Shown: positions 35,988-50,147, numbered from the whole stretch's first letter. The stretch: 63,332 nt of DNA, filler included, from Octopus bimaculoides (GCF_001194135.2; 4 parts of 4 records of this genome joined end to end with filler, not necessarily neighbours in it), one strand, 5' to 3'. Made by a program: numbers and translations. The notes: a model not told the origin generated them from the letters alone.

Positions 35988-36203
35988 GGTTTAAATTTTA
36001 GCACAAGGCCAGTAATTTCGGGTTAAGGGGTAAGTCGATTACTTCGACCCTATTACTCAACTGGTACTTATTTTATTGACGCCGAAAGGGATGAAAGGCA
36101 AAGTTGAGCTCGGCGGAATTTGAACTCAGAACGTGAAGACGGACGAAATGCCGCTAAGCATTTCGTCCAGCGTGTTAACGATTCTGCCAGCTTGCTGCTT
36201 TAT
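35988..36203 (-). mobile_element. SINE family A, tail type 3
   Basis: Family core; TSD GCAC(T/C)GTTTAAATATT at 35972-35987 and 36204-36219. Confidence 0.9.
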
Positions 36204-36219
36204 GCACCGTTTAAATATT

Positions 36220-36430
36220 CTTTTCTATTCTAGGCATAAGGTTCGAAATTTTGGGGGAGGAGGCCAGTCTATTAGATATACCCCAGTACGCAAAAGATAC
36301 CGATAGAATAAGTACAAAGCTTACAAAGAATAAATCTTAGGGTCGATTTCATCGACGAAAACCCTTTAAGGCGGTGCTCCAGCAAAGCCGCAGTCAAATG
36401 ACTGAAACATGTAAAAAAAATAAAAGAATT
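36220..36430. mobile_element. Fused SINE A tail (minus strand) and SINE B 3' part (plus strand)
   Basis: The A type-1 tail runs to ...CAGTACGCAA, then the B sequence AAAGATACCGATAGAATAAGTAC...ACTGAAAC follows. Confidence 0.75.
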
Positions 36431-37056
36431 TCACATACATATGTGTANNNNNNNNNNNNNNNNNNNNNNNNNNNNNNNNNNNNNNNNNNNNNNNNNNNNN
36501 NNNNNNNNNNNNNNNNNNNNNNNNNNNNNNNNNNNNNNNNNNNNNNNNNNNNNNNNNNNNNNNNNNNNNNNNNNNNNNNNNNNNNNNNNNNNNNNNNNNN
36601 NNNNNNNNNNNNNNNNNNNNNNNNNNNNNNNNNNNNNNNNNNNNNNNNNNNNNNNNNNNNNNNNNNNNNNNNNNNNNNNNNNNNNNNNNNNNNNNNNNNN
36701 NNNNNNNNNNNNNNNNNNNNNNNNNNNNNNNNNNNNNNNNNNNNNNNNNNNNNNNNNNNNNNNNNNNNNNNNNNNNNNNNNNNNNNNNNNNNNNNNNNNN
36801 NNNNNNNNNNNNNNNNNNNNNNNNNNNNNNNNNNNNNNNNNNNNNNNNNNNNNNNNNNNNNNNNNNNNNNNNNNNNNNNNNNNNNNNNNNNNNNNNNNNN
36901 NNNNNNNNNNNNNNNNNNNNNNNNNNNNNNNNNNNNNNNNNNNNNNNNNNNNNNNNNNNNNNNNNNNNNNNNNNNNNNNNNNNNNNNNNNNNNNNNNNNN
37001 NNNNNNNNNNNNNNNNNNNNNNNNNNNNNNNNNNNNNNNNNNNNNNNNNNNNNNNN

Positions 37057-37117
<61 letters not shown>

Positions 37118-38190
37118 TAATAACGCACACATACATTTAACAATGTGTGTATACTTCTGCCGACTTTTGACAGTCCGTTCTTTCAATCCGAACGCCATGA
37201 GATTTCGTTCTGAAATACGCCAGCATTTGCATGAAACATCGTCTCCAAACAGCGACATCGATACACAGTGCCACTTGCACCGAGTCTGTCACCACCATCA
37301 CCACCACCACCACCACCACAACTATCACTACCACCACCACCACACCAACACCAACACCACTATCCGATTCACAATCTCATTTTTCTGCATCAATTAACGT
37401 ATCAGTTGACAAACACACTCGGAGACAAACAGATGTGCACCGACACACATGCACACTAACACATATAAACGCATAGACACACACACAACACATAACCCCT
37501 TATACACAGATACGTACACCCTTCTCTCCTTTTGCTCCGCTTAAGAGTTCATACGTGTGAGTGTATGATCTGTGCGTGATTGTGTATGAGCACATTTTGG
37601 TGTGTGTATAAATGTATTTCGTTCTTGTGCATGTATGTATGTAGTTATATTAATATGCGTCTGTGAGAAATGCAGTAATGCAAGTGTAACTAGTCAATCG
37701 TTTCTTTCCATCATTTTCTTTATATGTGTGTGTGTATGTGTGTGTGTGAATGTATGTGTGTGTATTCTCGTTTGAATACACAAATGTATGCTTTTTTTGG
37801 GGGGGGGGGATATATTGTGTTTCTAGGCGGGCGTTTTCGGCGCTCTCGTTTGACGCGTGCACACTACAGCTGCAGTGCATGCACGAGTTTAGCAATAGTC
37901 TGTTTAAATGCATGCTTGCCTTTGTTGACGCTATCTGTATTTACCACGCTTTTATCTTTAACTGTATCTATTTAAGCATATGTAACTCAGGCCCTGTATA
38001 CATATATATATATATATATATATANNNNNNNNNNNNNNNNNNNNNNNNNNNNNNNNNNNNNNNNNNNNNNNNNNNNNNNNNNNNNNNNNNNNNNNNNNNN
38101 NNNNNNNNNNNNNNNNNNNNNNNNNNNNNNNNNNNNNNNNNNNNNNNNNNNNNNNNGAAACATTACTTTTCCATTACTGGATTTATCTAT

Positions 38191-38745
38191 GGCAGCGAGC
38201 TGGCAGAATCGTCAACACGCCGGTCGAAATGCTTATCGTTATTACATTTGTCCTTACGTTCTGAGTTCAAACTCCACCGAGGTCGACTTTGCCTTTCGTC
38301 CTTCCAGCGGTTGATAAATTAAGATTCAATCGACTGCCCACTACCACCTCTCCAAAAAATTTCAGGCCTTGTGCCTAAAATAGAAAGGATTATGAGTTCA
38401 AATTCCGCCGAGGTCGACTTTGCCTTTCATCCTTTCGGGGTCGATAAATTAAGTACCAGCTACGCACTGGGGTCGATGTAATCGGCTTAATCTCTTTGTC
38501 TCTCCTGGTTTGTCCCCTCTATGTTTAGCCCCCTGTGGGCAATATAGAAATAAGAAAGGATCATTGAATTTATCTGATTTGATTGCTGTACAATTATTAA
38601 GGCGCTGAATGAATTGCGTAGCGGTATTCCGCCCGTCGTTACGTTCTGAGTTCAAGTTCCACCGAGGTCGACTTTGCATTTCATCCTTTCAGGGTCGATA
38701 AATTAAGTACCAGTGAAACACTGGGGTTGCTGTATTCGTCTAGTC
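38191..38745 (+). mobile_element. Cluster of three tandem SINE A copies with different tails
   Basis: Copies at about 38191-38393, 38394-38558 and 38600-38745. Confidence 0.85.
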
Positions 38746-39104
38746 CCCTGATCACTACAAACAAGTCATTTGTGCAGGTCGTTCGGCAAAAGCTGAACAT
38801 TCATACGTCGTCTTCGATGGGAAAGACCATCTTTATTATTATACTTGTATTTGTTTAGATATTAAGATTGAAAATAATGGACCTTGTTCGTAAACAATTT
38901 TGGACCTGAGTTTGCACTCCCTAAGGAAATTCGTTCCTACACTTTTGGAATGATAGCTATATAGTGAAACAGATTGGTAAAAAGAAATAGTCGGGTGGTT
39001 CAATCGTTGAATGGAAAGTTTTCAAGAGAGTGTGATTGTTTTCGTTCTGTTTTTGCATCCTTGAATACACTGACTAATTTTCTTTTTTAAACAATATTAA
39101 TGTT

Positions 39105-39232
39105 AATTTTAAATTTTGGCACAAGGCCAGCACTTTCGGAGTCAGAATTAAATCGATCACATTGACCCCAGTGCTCAACTGGTACTTACGTTATCGACCC
39201 TAAAAAGATGAAAGCCAAAGTCGACCCGGGGC
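39105..39232 (-). mobile_element. SINE family A 3' part, tail type 3
   Basis: TTTTGGCACAAGGCCAGC...GACCCCAGTGCTCAACTGGTACTT. Confidence 0.8.
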
Positions 39233-39424
39233 ACGGTAACGATGTATTGCCTCTTATTCACAGCAATCAGACAGAACACTTGAATGCTATACTGTTGTAA
39301 TCCCTATTCAATGAACAACCTAGCTATACGTGAATTATTCCAACCATCCGTGTTCCAAGCATCAATTTTTACTGAATTCTACTTTCGACCGCAAGTCGCT
39401 CTTAACATTATTGTTAGTGTATCG

Positions 39425-39590
39425 GACAAATGCCCTGCGGTATTTACTCCAGTTCTTCATGTTCTGAGTTCAAATCCCGTTGTGGTACCCTTTGCCTTTA
39501 TCTGTTCAAAGTTGATAAAATAAAAGCCTGTCAAGTTCTGGAGTTTATTTTATCGATTAACTTACCCCATCCACCTTCAAAATAGCACAA
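39425..39590 (+). mobile_element. SINE family A, decayed
   Basis: GTTCTGAGTTCAAATCCC...CTTTGCCTT. Confidence 0.6.
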
Positions 39591-40329
39591 CTTGTGTCTT
39601 AATAAGAAACAATTTCTAAACTTCTGTAAAATATTCAATGCTTACAATCACTTTTTTTTCTAGCACTTTCTTCTCGTAAGGGAGAACAGTGACCGCAGAT
39701 TTAGGTCCTGAGCAACTGTAAAACAAAAAGCTGTTGCACGAATCGGCCGGATAACATAGTCAGACAGAGGAGATCTACTCTGTCACTGATTTGGCCATAC
39801 GGATCGTACAGATATCACTAAAAGTTTCGCTTTCGTATAGTTAACTTAAATCAAGTCAGTAGGATGAGTGATGTCTTGTCGGTTTCCATTCAAGTAGGGT
39901 TCGTTGGAGAAATGTAAATCGGCCATGCAACTAGCTCCACACAACGATACAAGTGAACTTGTTTGCTATAACATTGGAGTAACTGTTCAACCGATTACAT
40001 ATTTATAATAAGGTGGTCTGGATAGTTGACATTAAAGTGTCTTGACCAAGGATACAGCACGGCACTTGTGAACGGAAATTAACTATTGACCTTTGAGTCG
40101 ACAGTCTGTTACTGCCCTACGAACTAAGCTACCTTCAACTCTCTCTCAGAGTCTCAGACAAGGCGGTTACAATTACTGGCAAGGAATTTTGTTGGCAGAG
40201 ATGTTTTCCTCAATTATCTTTGGTTAATTACTTTTGCATTTTTTATTGATTTCTTTATTTAATTTCGTGCTCTTTCAAGAATGGGTACACGCGCTCACAC
40301 TTAAGTGTCGCACACAGGAAAATATACAC

Positions 40330-40357
40330 ACATACTTGCACAGAAACACACACACAT

Positions 40358-40428
<71 letters not shown>

Positions 40429-40545
40429 TATATATACACACATATATATATATATATACATACACATATATATGCACACACACATATATATACATACGCG
40501 CGTACACACACACACGCGCGCGCGCGCGCGCGCGCATACACACAG
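40330..40545. repeat. Alternating purine-pyrimidine tract including (CG)10
   Basis: (CA)n(TA)n mosaic with (CG)10 at 40515-40535. Confidence 0.92.
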
Positions 40546-40885
40546 TGACAAGCAGTCTGAGACGAAGATGTAGTGCAAGCAACGGGTGGCTAAGGTATTA
40601 GATTATCGGCTAAATGAGTCATACAGCCTGTTGCCATTTCATTGTGTGTTTGGGTAGGTCATTTATTTCAGTATGACTCAGATCACCTAACTTTCGAGAT
40701 GGTTCCGGATTCTTACCTGCAATAGCCTGCCTGATACCCTGTTCTGGTGATTCATTTGTTATCTTCCTGCTACTAAATCAAACAGGTTGCTGGTAGACAT
40801 TCGCTGTATCAGTATTTATCACTTGTGAAAACATCTTAAGAATGTAAGAATTAACACATGCATATATGCATATAAATGTATACGT

Positions 40886-40946
<61 letters not shown>

Positions 40947-40963
40947 AACACCTATACGTGCAT

Positions 40964-41004
<41 letters not shown>

Positions 41005-41006
<2 letters not shown>

Positions 41007-41430
41007 CTCTTTTTACTCTTTTACTTGTTTCAGTCATTTGACTGTGGCCATGCTGGAGCACCGCCTTTTTAGTCGAGCTAATCGACCCCAGGACTTATTC
41101 CTTATAAGCCTAGAACTTATTCTATCGGTCTCTTTGACTGAACCGCTAGGTTACGGGGAGGTAAACACACCAACATCGGTTGTCAAGAGATGGGTGATGG
41201 GCAACACACACACACACACATATATACGACGAGCTTCTACCAGTTTCCGTCTACCAAATCCACTCACAAGACACTTGCCCAACGTGCCTTGCAGTGGGAC
41301 TGAACCCGGAACCATGCGGTTGGAAAGCAAGCTTCTTACCACCGGGCTTCCACATAGTTTCCGTCTACAAATTTATTCAATTTACTCATAAGACTTTGGT
41401 TGGTCCGGGACCATAGAAGACACAAGGCAA
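41005..41430 (-). mobile_element. SINE family B with internal deletion, plus an adjacent fragment
   Basis: Tail TACTCTTTTACTTGTTTCAGTC; head ends at about 41343. Confidence 0.85.
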
Positions 41431-41485
41431 AGATGTCGCTTGAAGCCTAAATCACATGATTGCAAAACGATCTTATATACACATG

Positions 41486-41586
<101 letters not shown>

Positions 41587-42102
41587 TTCTCTCCCTCTCT
41601 CTCTCTCTCTCTCCCTCCCTCTCTCTCTCTCCCTCTCTCTCCCCATATACACATATATATATGTGTGTGAACATGATGTAGTGTTTTGAAACAAGATTTA
41701 TACCATCAATATATGCAGTAGATTTTATACAATATATTTACAATTTAAATGTAAAATTTTATATCAACGGCAGACGTGAAATTTTTAATTCTACTACACT
41801 TCAAGACAAAAACTTAAACACATCTCATTAATTTTTGTTATCCTCTTTATATTCCTGCTTTGTAAGACAAAACTTTTATTACGGTTCGATAATCATATCT
41901 TGCAGATATTTAAGAATTACAAATTTAATTATTCGGAAATAATCTAAAAATAATGAAGCCAATTCTTAATTTATTTTTAATAATGAATGAGAAACTACAC
42001 CACATCTATAGGTTTTATTTCGAAATGAAATTCTAACTTTAATATCGAATATAAAACAACTTTGCAGTTTTTTTTAATAACTTTTTTAAATATGATTAAT
42101 AT

Positions 42103-42300
42103 AGACGCAAGCATGGCTGCGTGCTTAAGAAGTTCGCTTTGTAACAACCATACGGTTTACGGGTTCAGTCTCGCCGCACGGCATCTTTGGAAAAGTGTCT
42201 TCTACTATATTCTTGGGCCGATCAATGACTTGCAAATGAGTTTGATAGGCAAAAGCTGTGTGGAAGCTCTGTCTATCCATACATACACACACACACACAC
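42103..42300 (+). mobile_element. SINE family B, decayed 5' half
   Basis: GCAAGCATGGCTGCGTG...GGGTTCAGTC...AAGTGTCTTCTACTATA. Confidence 0.65.
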
Positions 42301-42547
42301 ATATATATATATATTACGCCATATGTAAACAAATATAAGTTTGATTTTGAAGCGTTGAAATGTATTGAAGGATATATTTTCAACGCTTAAATACTGATAG
42401 AACACGATATATAGGATATAATCCTTTCTAGAGCAGAAAAATTTGTCAGCTACACTGCTCTAAAAAGGATTTTATCCAATATATACGGTTCTATCAGTAT
42501 TTACGCGTTGAAAAATATTTTTTTCTACTTGTACAATATATACATAC

Positions 42548-42584
<37 letters not shown>

Positions 42585-42609
42585 TTCGCAACACCTAACN
42601 NNNNNNNNN

Positions 42610-42650
<41 letters not shown>

Positions 42651-43640
42651 GTGGATGGATGGATGGATATAGTTTAAAAAAGAGTAAATGAAGTTGGAAA
42701 AGGCACAGAAGTGTATTTTAGTGAATTTTTAATATTTTTATTACAGTGGATGATTTAAAATATAACCGGTTTCGATGTAATCCATCTTATCAAATATTAG
42801 AAAGAATTTTAAGGAGAAAAAAATTGGGGGTTAACAGTCTGTACCCATATTTGAGCTCCATATTTGAGTTCTTATACACTACAATATATTCAGCATCAAA
42901 TTTTTGTACGCAAAAAACCATGTACATTACACACACACACACACACACACACACANNNNNNNNNNNNNNNNNNNNNNNNNNNNNNNNNNNNNNNNNNNNT
43001 TAATTAATTAANNNNNNNNNNNNNNNNNNNNNNNNNNNNNNNNNNNNNNNNNNNNATATATATATATATATATAAGAATTGGAAGCTACATGTGGAGTCC
43101 TCAAGCTATATTTTAGATGCGTTAAGATACATTATGCACATACATATAAGCATACAAGCACCCAGTGAGAGAGAGAGTGAAAGAGAGAGAGAAGGGAGCA
43201 GATAGAGAATGAATGGGACAGAAAGAGAGTGAGAGAGAAAGGAGGGAGACGAAAACATACCGTGCAATATATATGTATGTCTACTTAATTGTACCTTACT
43301 CAGGTAAATGTAAAAGTTTGTGCTATGTAGTTCTCTGTATCACTCTCTTTCCGGTTCTAAATATATGCAAATATATATTTCTATCTATCTGTCTGTCTGT
43401 CTGTCTGTGTATGTATCTAAATATATGTGTGTATATATGCATGTATTTATCTATCTATCTACCTTTCAAACAGTATGTGTGTGTCCGTGTGTCCGTTTGC
43501 TTATGTGCGTGTCTATCATTGTGTTTGTGTGAGACTATTTAACCATGCATAAGCGTGCCTATGTAAACATGTACCTAACTATATAAATATATATCAAGAC
43601 TGAGTAAGTAAATGAGAAAGAGAGAGGGAGAGAGAACGAA

Positions 43641-43690
<50 letters not shown>

Positions 43691-46245
43691 TGGTGGATGG
43701 GTAATAGACATAAATGTATATAAATATGTATACTAGTGGCTAGTCTTTGTACTTCCATTAAATCCTGAAATTTTAAGAGTCAATTTTAAGAATATAAATT
43801 GAAGCGGGTTACATATACTCTGTATGTAACCTCATTGAAGCTGCTTCTTTGAATTCATTTAAGTGTTGATGCAAAATTTCAGCACTTTGTACCATTTCGC
43901 ATTCACGTATAATGAGTTTAAAGGGGTATAAAGTTAAAAGCTGCCCAAGGAATCATTGCAAATTAGCTTACTTTGTAACTTTGTCCTGCTGAACTTTTCT
44001 ATTACAGGGACAAATGCATGCTCTCTCTGCTCAATGTTACCTAGGGATTTATTAATCTTTTCCCTGGTAGGTAATTGTAATGAGGCAGACTGATACAGCT
44101 ATTTGTTTAAGAGTGTCTTTGATTGTCGTATCTTAACTCGAGCCTGTCCTCTGTAAACTATTTGTATTATATCACATTTGACTAAAGACAGCAAATATTA
44201 TTCAAAAAAGGAATCATGACATGAAATATATACACTTTGATAGTCAACATGTCAATGAGGCTGAACATAATTGATAACATTAGAACCACAATTCACAATC
44301 TGTATATTTTATATAACCTTAAATGATCCCTAATCGGGAAGACGAAGATTCAAATAAATAAATTTAGGCGGGAATACACAAATTTGTATTTCCATAAAAC
44401 TAGACTACATAGTTAGTATCCCTTTTTAATTATGGTTTTCAAATTCTTTTAGTCGAACTGAAAATATTATATTTGACAAGGAATAAGATGGCAATAACAT
44501 GCATAATTAAATAATTTTATTTCGCATAAATTATACTACCTGGACAAGAAAAGAAATGACCATTCAAACTATACAACGGGTAGGGCAGTTGTAGAATTCT
44601 AAATTTTTTTATCCAGTTATTATCGCTTATTTCAGGCGATATCGACAGGTTTCGATGAAATGGCAGAAAAGTCATCTGGTCCAGATCTAATATAAAAAAT
44701 TCCTCTCCGTAGTTTCTTTTTTTTTTTTTCGTGGCAAGCCACAAGAGGTTCCCTCATTGTTACCTGCGAATTGTATTTTCAAAAGGTGTTTATCTGATAT
44801 CTCATTGATGTGTGTGTTTAGTAATTTTGTCTTTAGAAGCGCAAGAATACATTTATAAATCTCACAGGACTTAGTAGAGTGGAAAATATGCATAGCAGGT
44901 TTAAGTTTACCGAATTCCATTTGTATTTGACCATTGCTTTCAAAGAAAACATCGTGATAAAGAGGTTTTCACTCGCGGGAATGAAAGAATGGGTTAAGTG
45001 CTTAGTAGAATGCAGTCCAGTGATGAACAGGAGAGTAGACCTGTTCTCTGATGGGTAGAAACATCTAACTAGCAAAAAAAAAAAAAAAAAGCGGGAACCA
45101 AAAACGAGAAAAAAGATTAAACAAAAAAGAATTGTATGCAATCACCATGTTGAATTTAGATACAGTTTTCGATACGCATATTCACCAAATACGTCTTTCT
45201 ATTCCAGGATTAAAACAACTTCAGCCGCCTACTTTGTGGATTATTTACAATAATAGGTGATACCTATGACGAAATAAAAACAAACAACGAACAAACAAAA
45301 TGGACGCGATGCATTCTCCATAGTTTACACTGAAAAAATATGTAAGGTAAGAGTTATGTTATATTTTGGTTGTTTTTTTAATTGTTATTATTGGTTTAAT
45401 TCTTCTTATTTTTGTGTGATTCCATTAGTTTTACAAGCGTTCTATATTCCTCCACCTTCATGTGTCCAGCTGTGTCCCCGGAGTGTGCCTCATTTGAATA
45501 AGGAGTTGTATGTATGTGTATGTCAGGGCGTGTCTGTCTCTGTACATGTGAGTGTATATCTATGTTATGTGTGCGTGTGTGCGCGTGTGAGTGTGTGTGT
45601 GAGTGTGTGCGTGTGTGTGTGTTTGAGTGCATGACTATGCGATACTGGGAATTTTCTTTGGTGCATGGAATTTAGCGTTCCTTCCATGTTAAAAAAAATT
45701 AATGCGTCGCTTTGGTTCCCTACGAAGCCTTTTAAAATACAACGGTGAACGCTTAGGCGGAAGATATTCTTGTGTGTGCGCGTGTGCATTATATGTGTGT
45801 GCATGTATGTATGTATGTGAGTGCGTGTGCGTGAGTGTAAGTGAGTGTGTGTGTGCATATGTGCTCGTGTGTGTGTGTACGTGTGTGTGTGTACGTGTGT
45901 ATATGTCCAGGTGTGTTGCTGACATGTATGTGTGACTTTCAATGAATGCTTGTGTTTGTTTCTGTATGGATAAAAAGTGTATTTCGTATATATAATCCGT
46001 ATAATTTTAATCTGCGTCAGACTCATCTCTAATTTGTGTGATGTCAACTCGCTTTGATTGATCTTTTTGAAATTACATACTAAACTCCTTATGCACTTCA
46101 GCTGCGTCATTCTAGCAAGTTAGGATCATTTCTCCTGTTTCAAAGCTTACTATTTATTCCTTCATTATTGCAAACCGTGTTAAATAAAAATAGAATAAGA
46201 AAAAAAGGACAACCAAGTAACTTGTAAAATATGTGATATATATAT

Positions 46246-46276
<31 letters not shown>

Positions 46277-46896
46277 AGTGTATATATGTATATNNNNNNN
46301 NNNNNNNNNNNNNNNNNNNNNNNNNNNNNNNNNNNNNNNNNNNNNNNNNNNNNNNNNNNNNNNNNNNNNNNNNNNNNNNNNNNNNNNNNNNNNNNNNNNN
46401 NNNNNNNNNNNNNNNNNNNNNNNNNNNNNNNNNNNNNNNNNNNNNNNNNNNNNNNNNNNNNNNNNNNNNNNNNNNNNNNNNNNNNNNNNNNNNNNNNNNN
46501 NNNNNNNNNNNNNNNNNNNNNNNNNNNNNNNNNNNNNNNNNNNNNNNNNNNNNNNNNNNNNNNNNNNNNNNNNNNNNNNNNNNNNNNNNNNNNNNNNNNN
46601 NNNNNNNNNNNNNNNNNNNNNNNNNNNNNNNNNNNNNNNNNNNNNNNNNNNNNNNNNNNNNNNNNNNNNNNNNNNNNNNNNNNNNNNNNNNNNNNNNNNN
46701 NNNNNNNNNNNNNNNNNNNNNNNNNNNNNNNNNNNNNNNNNNNNNNNNNNNNNNNNNNNNNNNNNNNNNNNNNNNNNNNNNNNNNNNNNNNNNNNNNNNN
46801 NNNNNNNNNNNNNNNNNNNNNNNNNNNNNNNNNNNNNNNNNNNNNNNNNNNNNNNNNNNNNNNNNNNNNNNNNNNNNNNNNNNNNNNNNNNNNNNN

Positions 46897-46953
<57 letters not shown>

Positions 46954-47245
46954 CATACATACATACATACAAACAGACAGACGGACACAGAAACCCCACC
47001 CCACATAAATATATACAAAATACAAAGCGGGACGGGAAGAGATTTCGCTATGCAAGATGAAAAATGATATTTAAAATTTTATTTCAAGCAGAGATTTTAC
47101 ACCCGAATACTGTTCAAGACACCATCCCTTACCTGTTTTCATATTAAGTGTGTATATATACTGGGTATATGCATACCTGCATACATACATAGATACTTAC
47201 ATACAAGCATGCAGAGATACATAGATACGTACATACATACATACA

Positions 47246-47281
<36 letters not shown>

Positions 47282-47286
47282 TACAT

Positions 47287-47322
<36 letters not shown>

Positions 47323-48039
47323 NNNNNNNNNNNNNNNNNNNNNNNNNNNNNNNNNNNNNNNNNNNNNNNNNNNNNNNNNNNNNNNNNNNNNNNNNNNNNN
47401 NNNNNNNNNNNNNNNNNNNNNNNNNNNNNNNNNNNNNNNNNNNNNNNNNNNNNNNNNNNNNNNNNNNNNNNNNNNNNNNNNNNNNNNNNNNNNNNNNNNN
47501 NNNNNNNNNNNNNNNNNNNNNNNNNNNNNNNNNNNNNNNNNNNNNNNNNNNNNNNNNNNNNNNNNNNNNNNNNNNNNNNNNNNNNNNNNNNNNNNNNNNN
47601 NNNNNNNNNNNNNNNNNNNNNNNNNNNNNNNNNNNNNNNNNNNNNNNNNNNNNNNNNNNNNNNNNNNNNNNNNNNNNNNNNNNNNNNNNNNNNNNNNNNN
47701 NNNNNNNNNNNNNNNNNNNNNNNNNNNNNNNNNNNNNNNNNNNNNNNNNNNNNNNNNNNNNNNNNNNNNNNNNNNNNNNNNNNNNNNNNNNNNNNNNNNN
47801 NNNNNNNNNNNNNNNNNNNNNNNNNNNNNNNNNNNNNNNNNNNNNNNNNNNNNNNNNNNNNNNNNNNNNNNNNNNNNNNNNNNNNNNNNNNNNNNNNNNN
47901 NNNNNNNNNNNNNNNNNNNNNNNNNNNNNNNNNNNNNNNNNNNNNNNNNNNNNNNNNNNNNNNNNNNNNNNNNNNNNNNNNNNNNNNNNNNNNNNNNNNN
48001 NNNNNNNNNNNNNNNNNNNNNNNNNNNNNNNNNNNNNNN

Positions 48040-48072
<33 letters not shown>

Positions 48073-48216
48073 ATATATATCCATATATATATGTATATAT
48101 ATATATGCTATAAGTGGGTGTATGCGTGTGTGTGTCAAGGTTTGTGTTCTGTTTGTGTGTCAGTTTCTGAAAATGTTCGTGTATGTAAAACTGACTATAT
48201 ACATACATATATATAA

Positions 48217-48257
<41 letters not shown>

Positions 48258-48493
48258 TATACTCATGGATTTATATATATATAGATGTGTGTGTGTGTGT
48301 GTATTTTTGTGTCTATGTGTGTGGTCTGTGAATATGTACATGCATGTATGTTTGTGTGTACGTACGTACGTCCGTATATATGAGCATATTATGTACGAGC
48401 TCGTTTAGTCATGCTTATTGAGCAGTAAACATTCGTTGAATATAATAACATTGTTAGTCATAAATATCTAACTACTTCTCTAGTCTGAAACTG

Positions 48494-48530
<37 letters not shown>

Positions 48531-48540
48531 NNNNNNNNNN

Positions 48541-48584
<44 letters not shown>

Positions 48585-49834
48585 CACAATCACTCTGTGC
48601 AACTGTGTTATTTGCTTTCGTCTTCCCATGACTGTTTAATGAATACACCCAATAAGAAGCAAATTCTTAGTAATGGATGTTTGTTTGTAACTCTATGGCC
48701 TTGGGTAAGCTTGACAACGTATTCTCTTCATATCAAGATAAAAGTTAATAGCGGTGTGCGGAACTAAAACTGACAACAATACAATTATTTTCGTTGTGAG
48801 AAAGAAGGAAAAATAAGAAGAAATGGAAGGAAAAATATATCATCGCAATGTATAGGAATTTCTACTCTGCCACCATTTTAAATTCCTATCTCTTTGGAGA
48901 GCAACTTTATATATCACAATGTTTTTATGAAACCCGTTGTTATATATGTACATGTATATGTATGCATGTATATTTATCTGTCTACCTTTCTATCTATGAA
49001 TCTATCTATCCATACTTACATATATATGTATCTATATACTTATATACGTTTACATTTATGTATATATATATATATATATATNNNNNNNNNNNNNNNNNNN
49101 NNNNNNNNNNNNNNNNNNNNNNNNNNNNNNNNNNNNNNNNNNNNNNNNNNNNNNNNNNNNNNNNNNNNNNNNNNNNNNNNNNNNNNNNNNNNNNNNNNNN
49201 NNNNNNNNNNNNNNNNNNNNNNNNNNNNNNNNNNNNNNNNNNNNNNNNNNNNNNNNNNNNNNNNNNNNNNNNNNNNNNNNNNNNNNNNNNNNNNNNNNNN
49301 NNNNNNNNNNNNNNNNNNNNNNNNNNNNNNNNNNNNNNNNNNNNNNNNNNNNNNNNNNNNNNNNNNNNNNNNNNNNNNNNNNNNNNNNNNNNNNNNNNNN
49401 NNNNNNNNNNNNNNNNNNATATATATATATATATATATATATAATCATAAATTCAGGAGTTACGGAGGTATATATATATACAATTAACCACATGACTTCC
49501 AGACGGTTATGGCTATTCCGCCTTCTTTTTCAGTGTTTTTCATTTTGTACAATAGCTATTTATACATTTAACATAAGGTGTATTACTCGTGTGAAAGTCA
49601 CGTGCGAACATTATATAAGTTTGCAACCTTGAAGTCTACCACATGTAGTTGACTCAGCGAAATTTGATGATGTGTCTTAGAATGGCCTCATAAGGCCTAA
49701 TCAAGTGATATTATTGTGAAGTTTCCAGGATAATTTAACATGTCTATGCCAAATAGATAGAAAGACAACTGATCATAAGAGTGAATTTCATTATTGTTGC
49801 TGGCCACACACAACACCCTCCATGTCAAGCATGT

Positions 49835-50147
49835 AAGCTTATTACTTATTCTATCCGGCTGTTTTGCCGAACCGCTAGATTATGGGGACGTAAACGCGCC
49901 AATATCGGTTGTCAATCGATGTTGGGAGGGGGGTTACAAACACAGACACGCATACATGTGCACATATACATATATATACATTTACGACGAGCTTCTTTCA
50001 GTTTCCGTCTACCAAATCCACCCATAAGGTTTTAGTCGACCCGGGACTATAGCAGAAGACACTTGCCCAAGTTACCACGCTGTGGGACTGAACCCGGAAC
50101 CATGTGGTTGGGAAGCAAGCTACTTACCACACATATACTCCACCGCC
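49835..50147 (-). mobile_element. SINE family B
   Basis: GCCGAACCGC...CAGTTTCCGTCTACCAAATCCAC...GGGACTGAACCCGGAACC. Confidence 0.88.
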
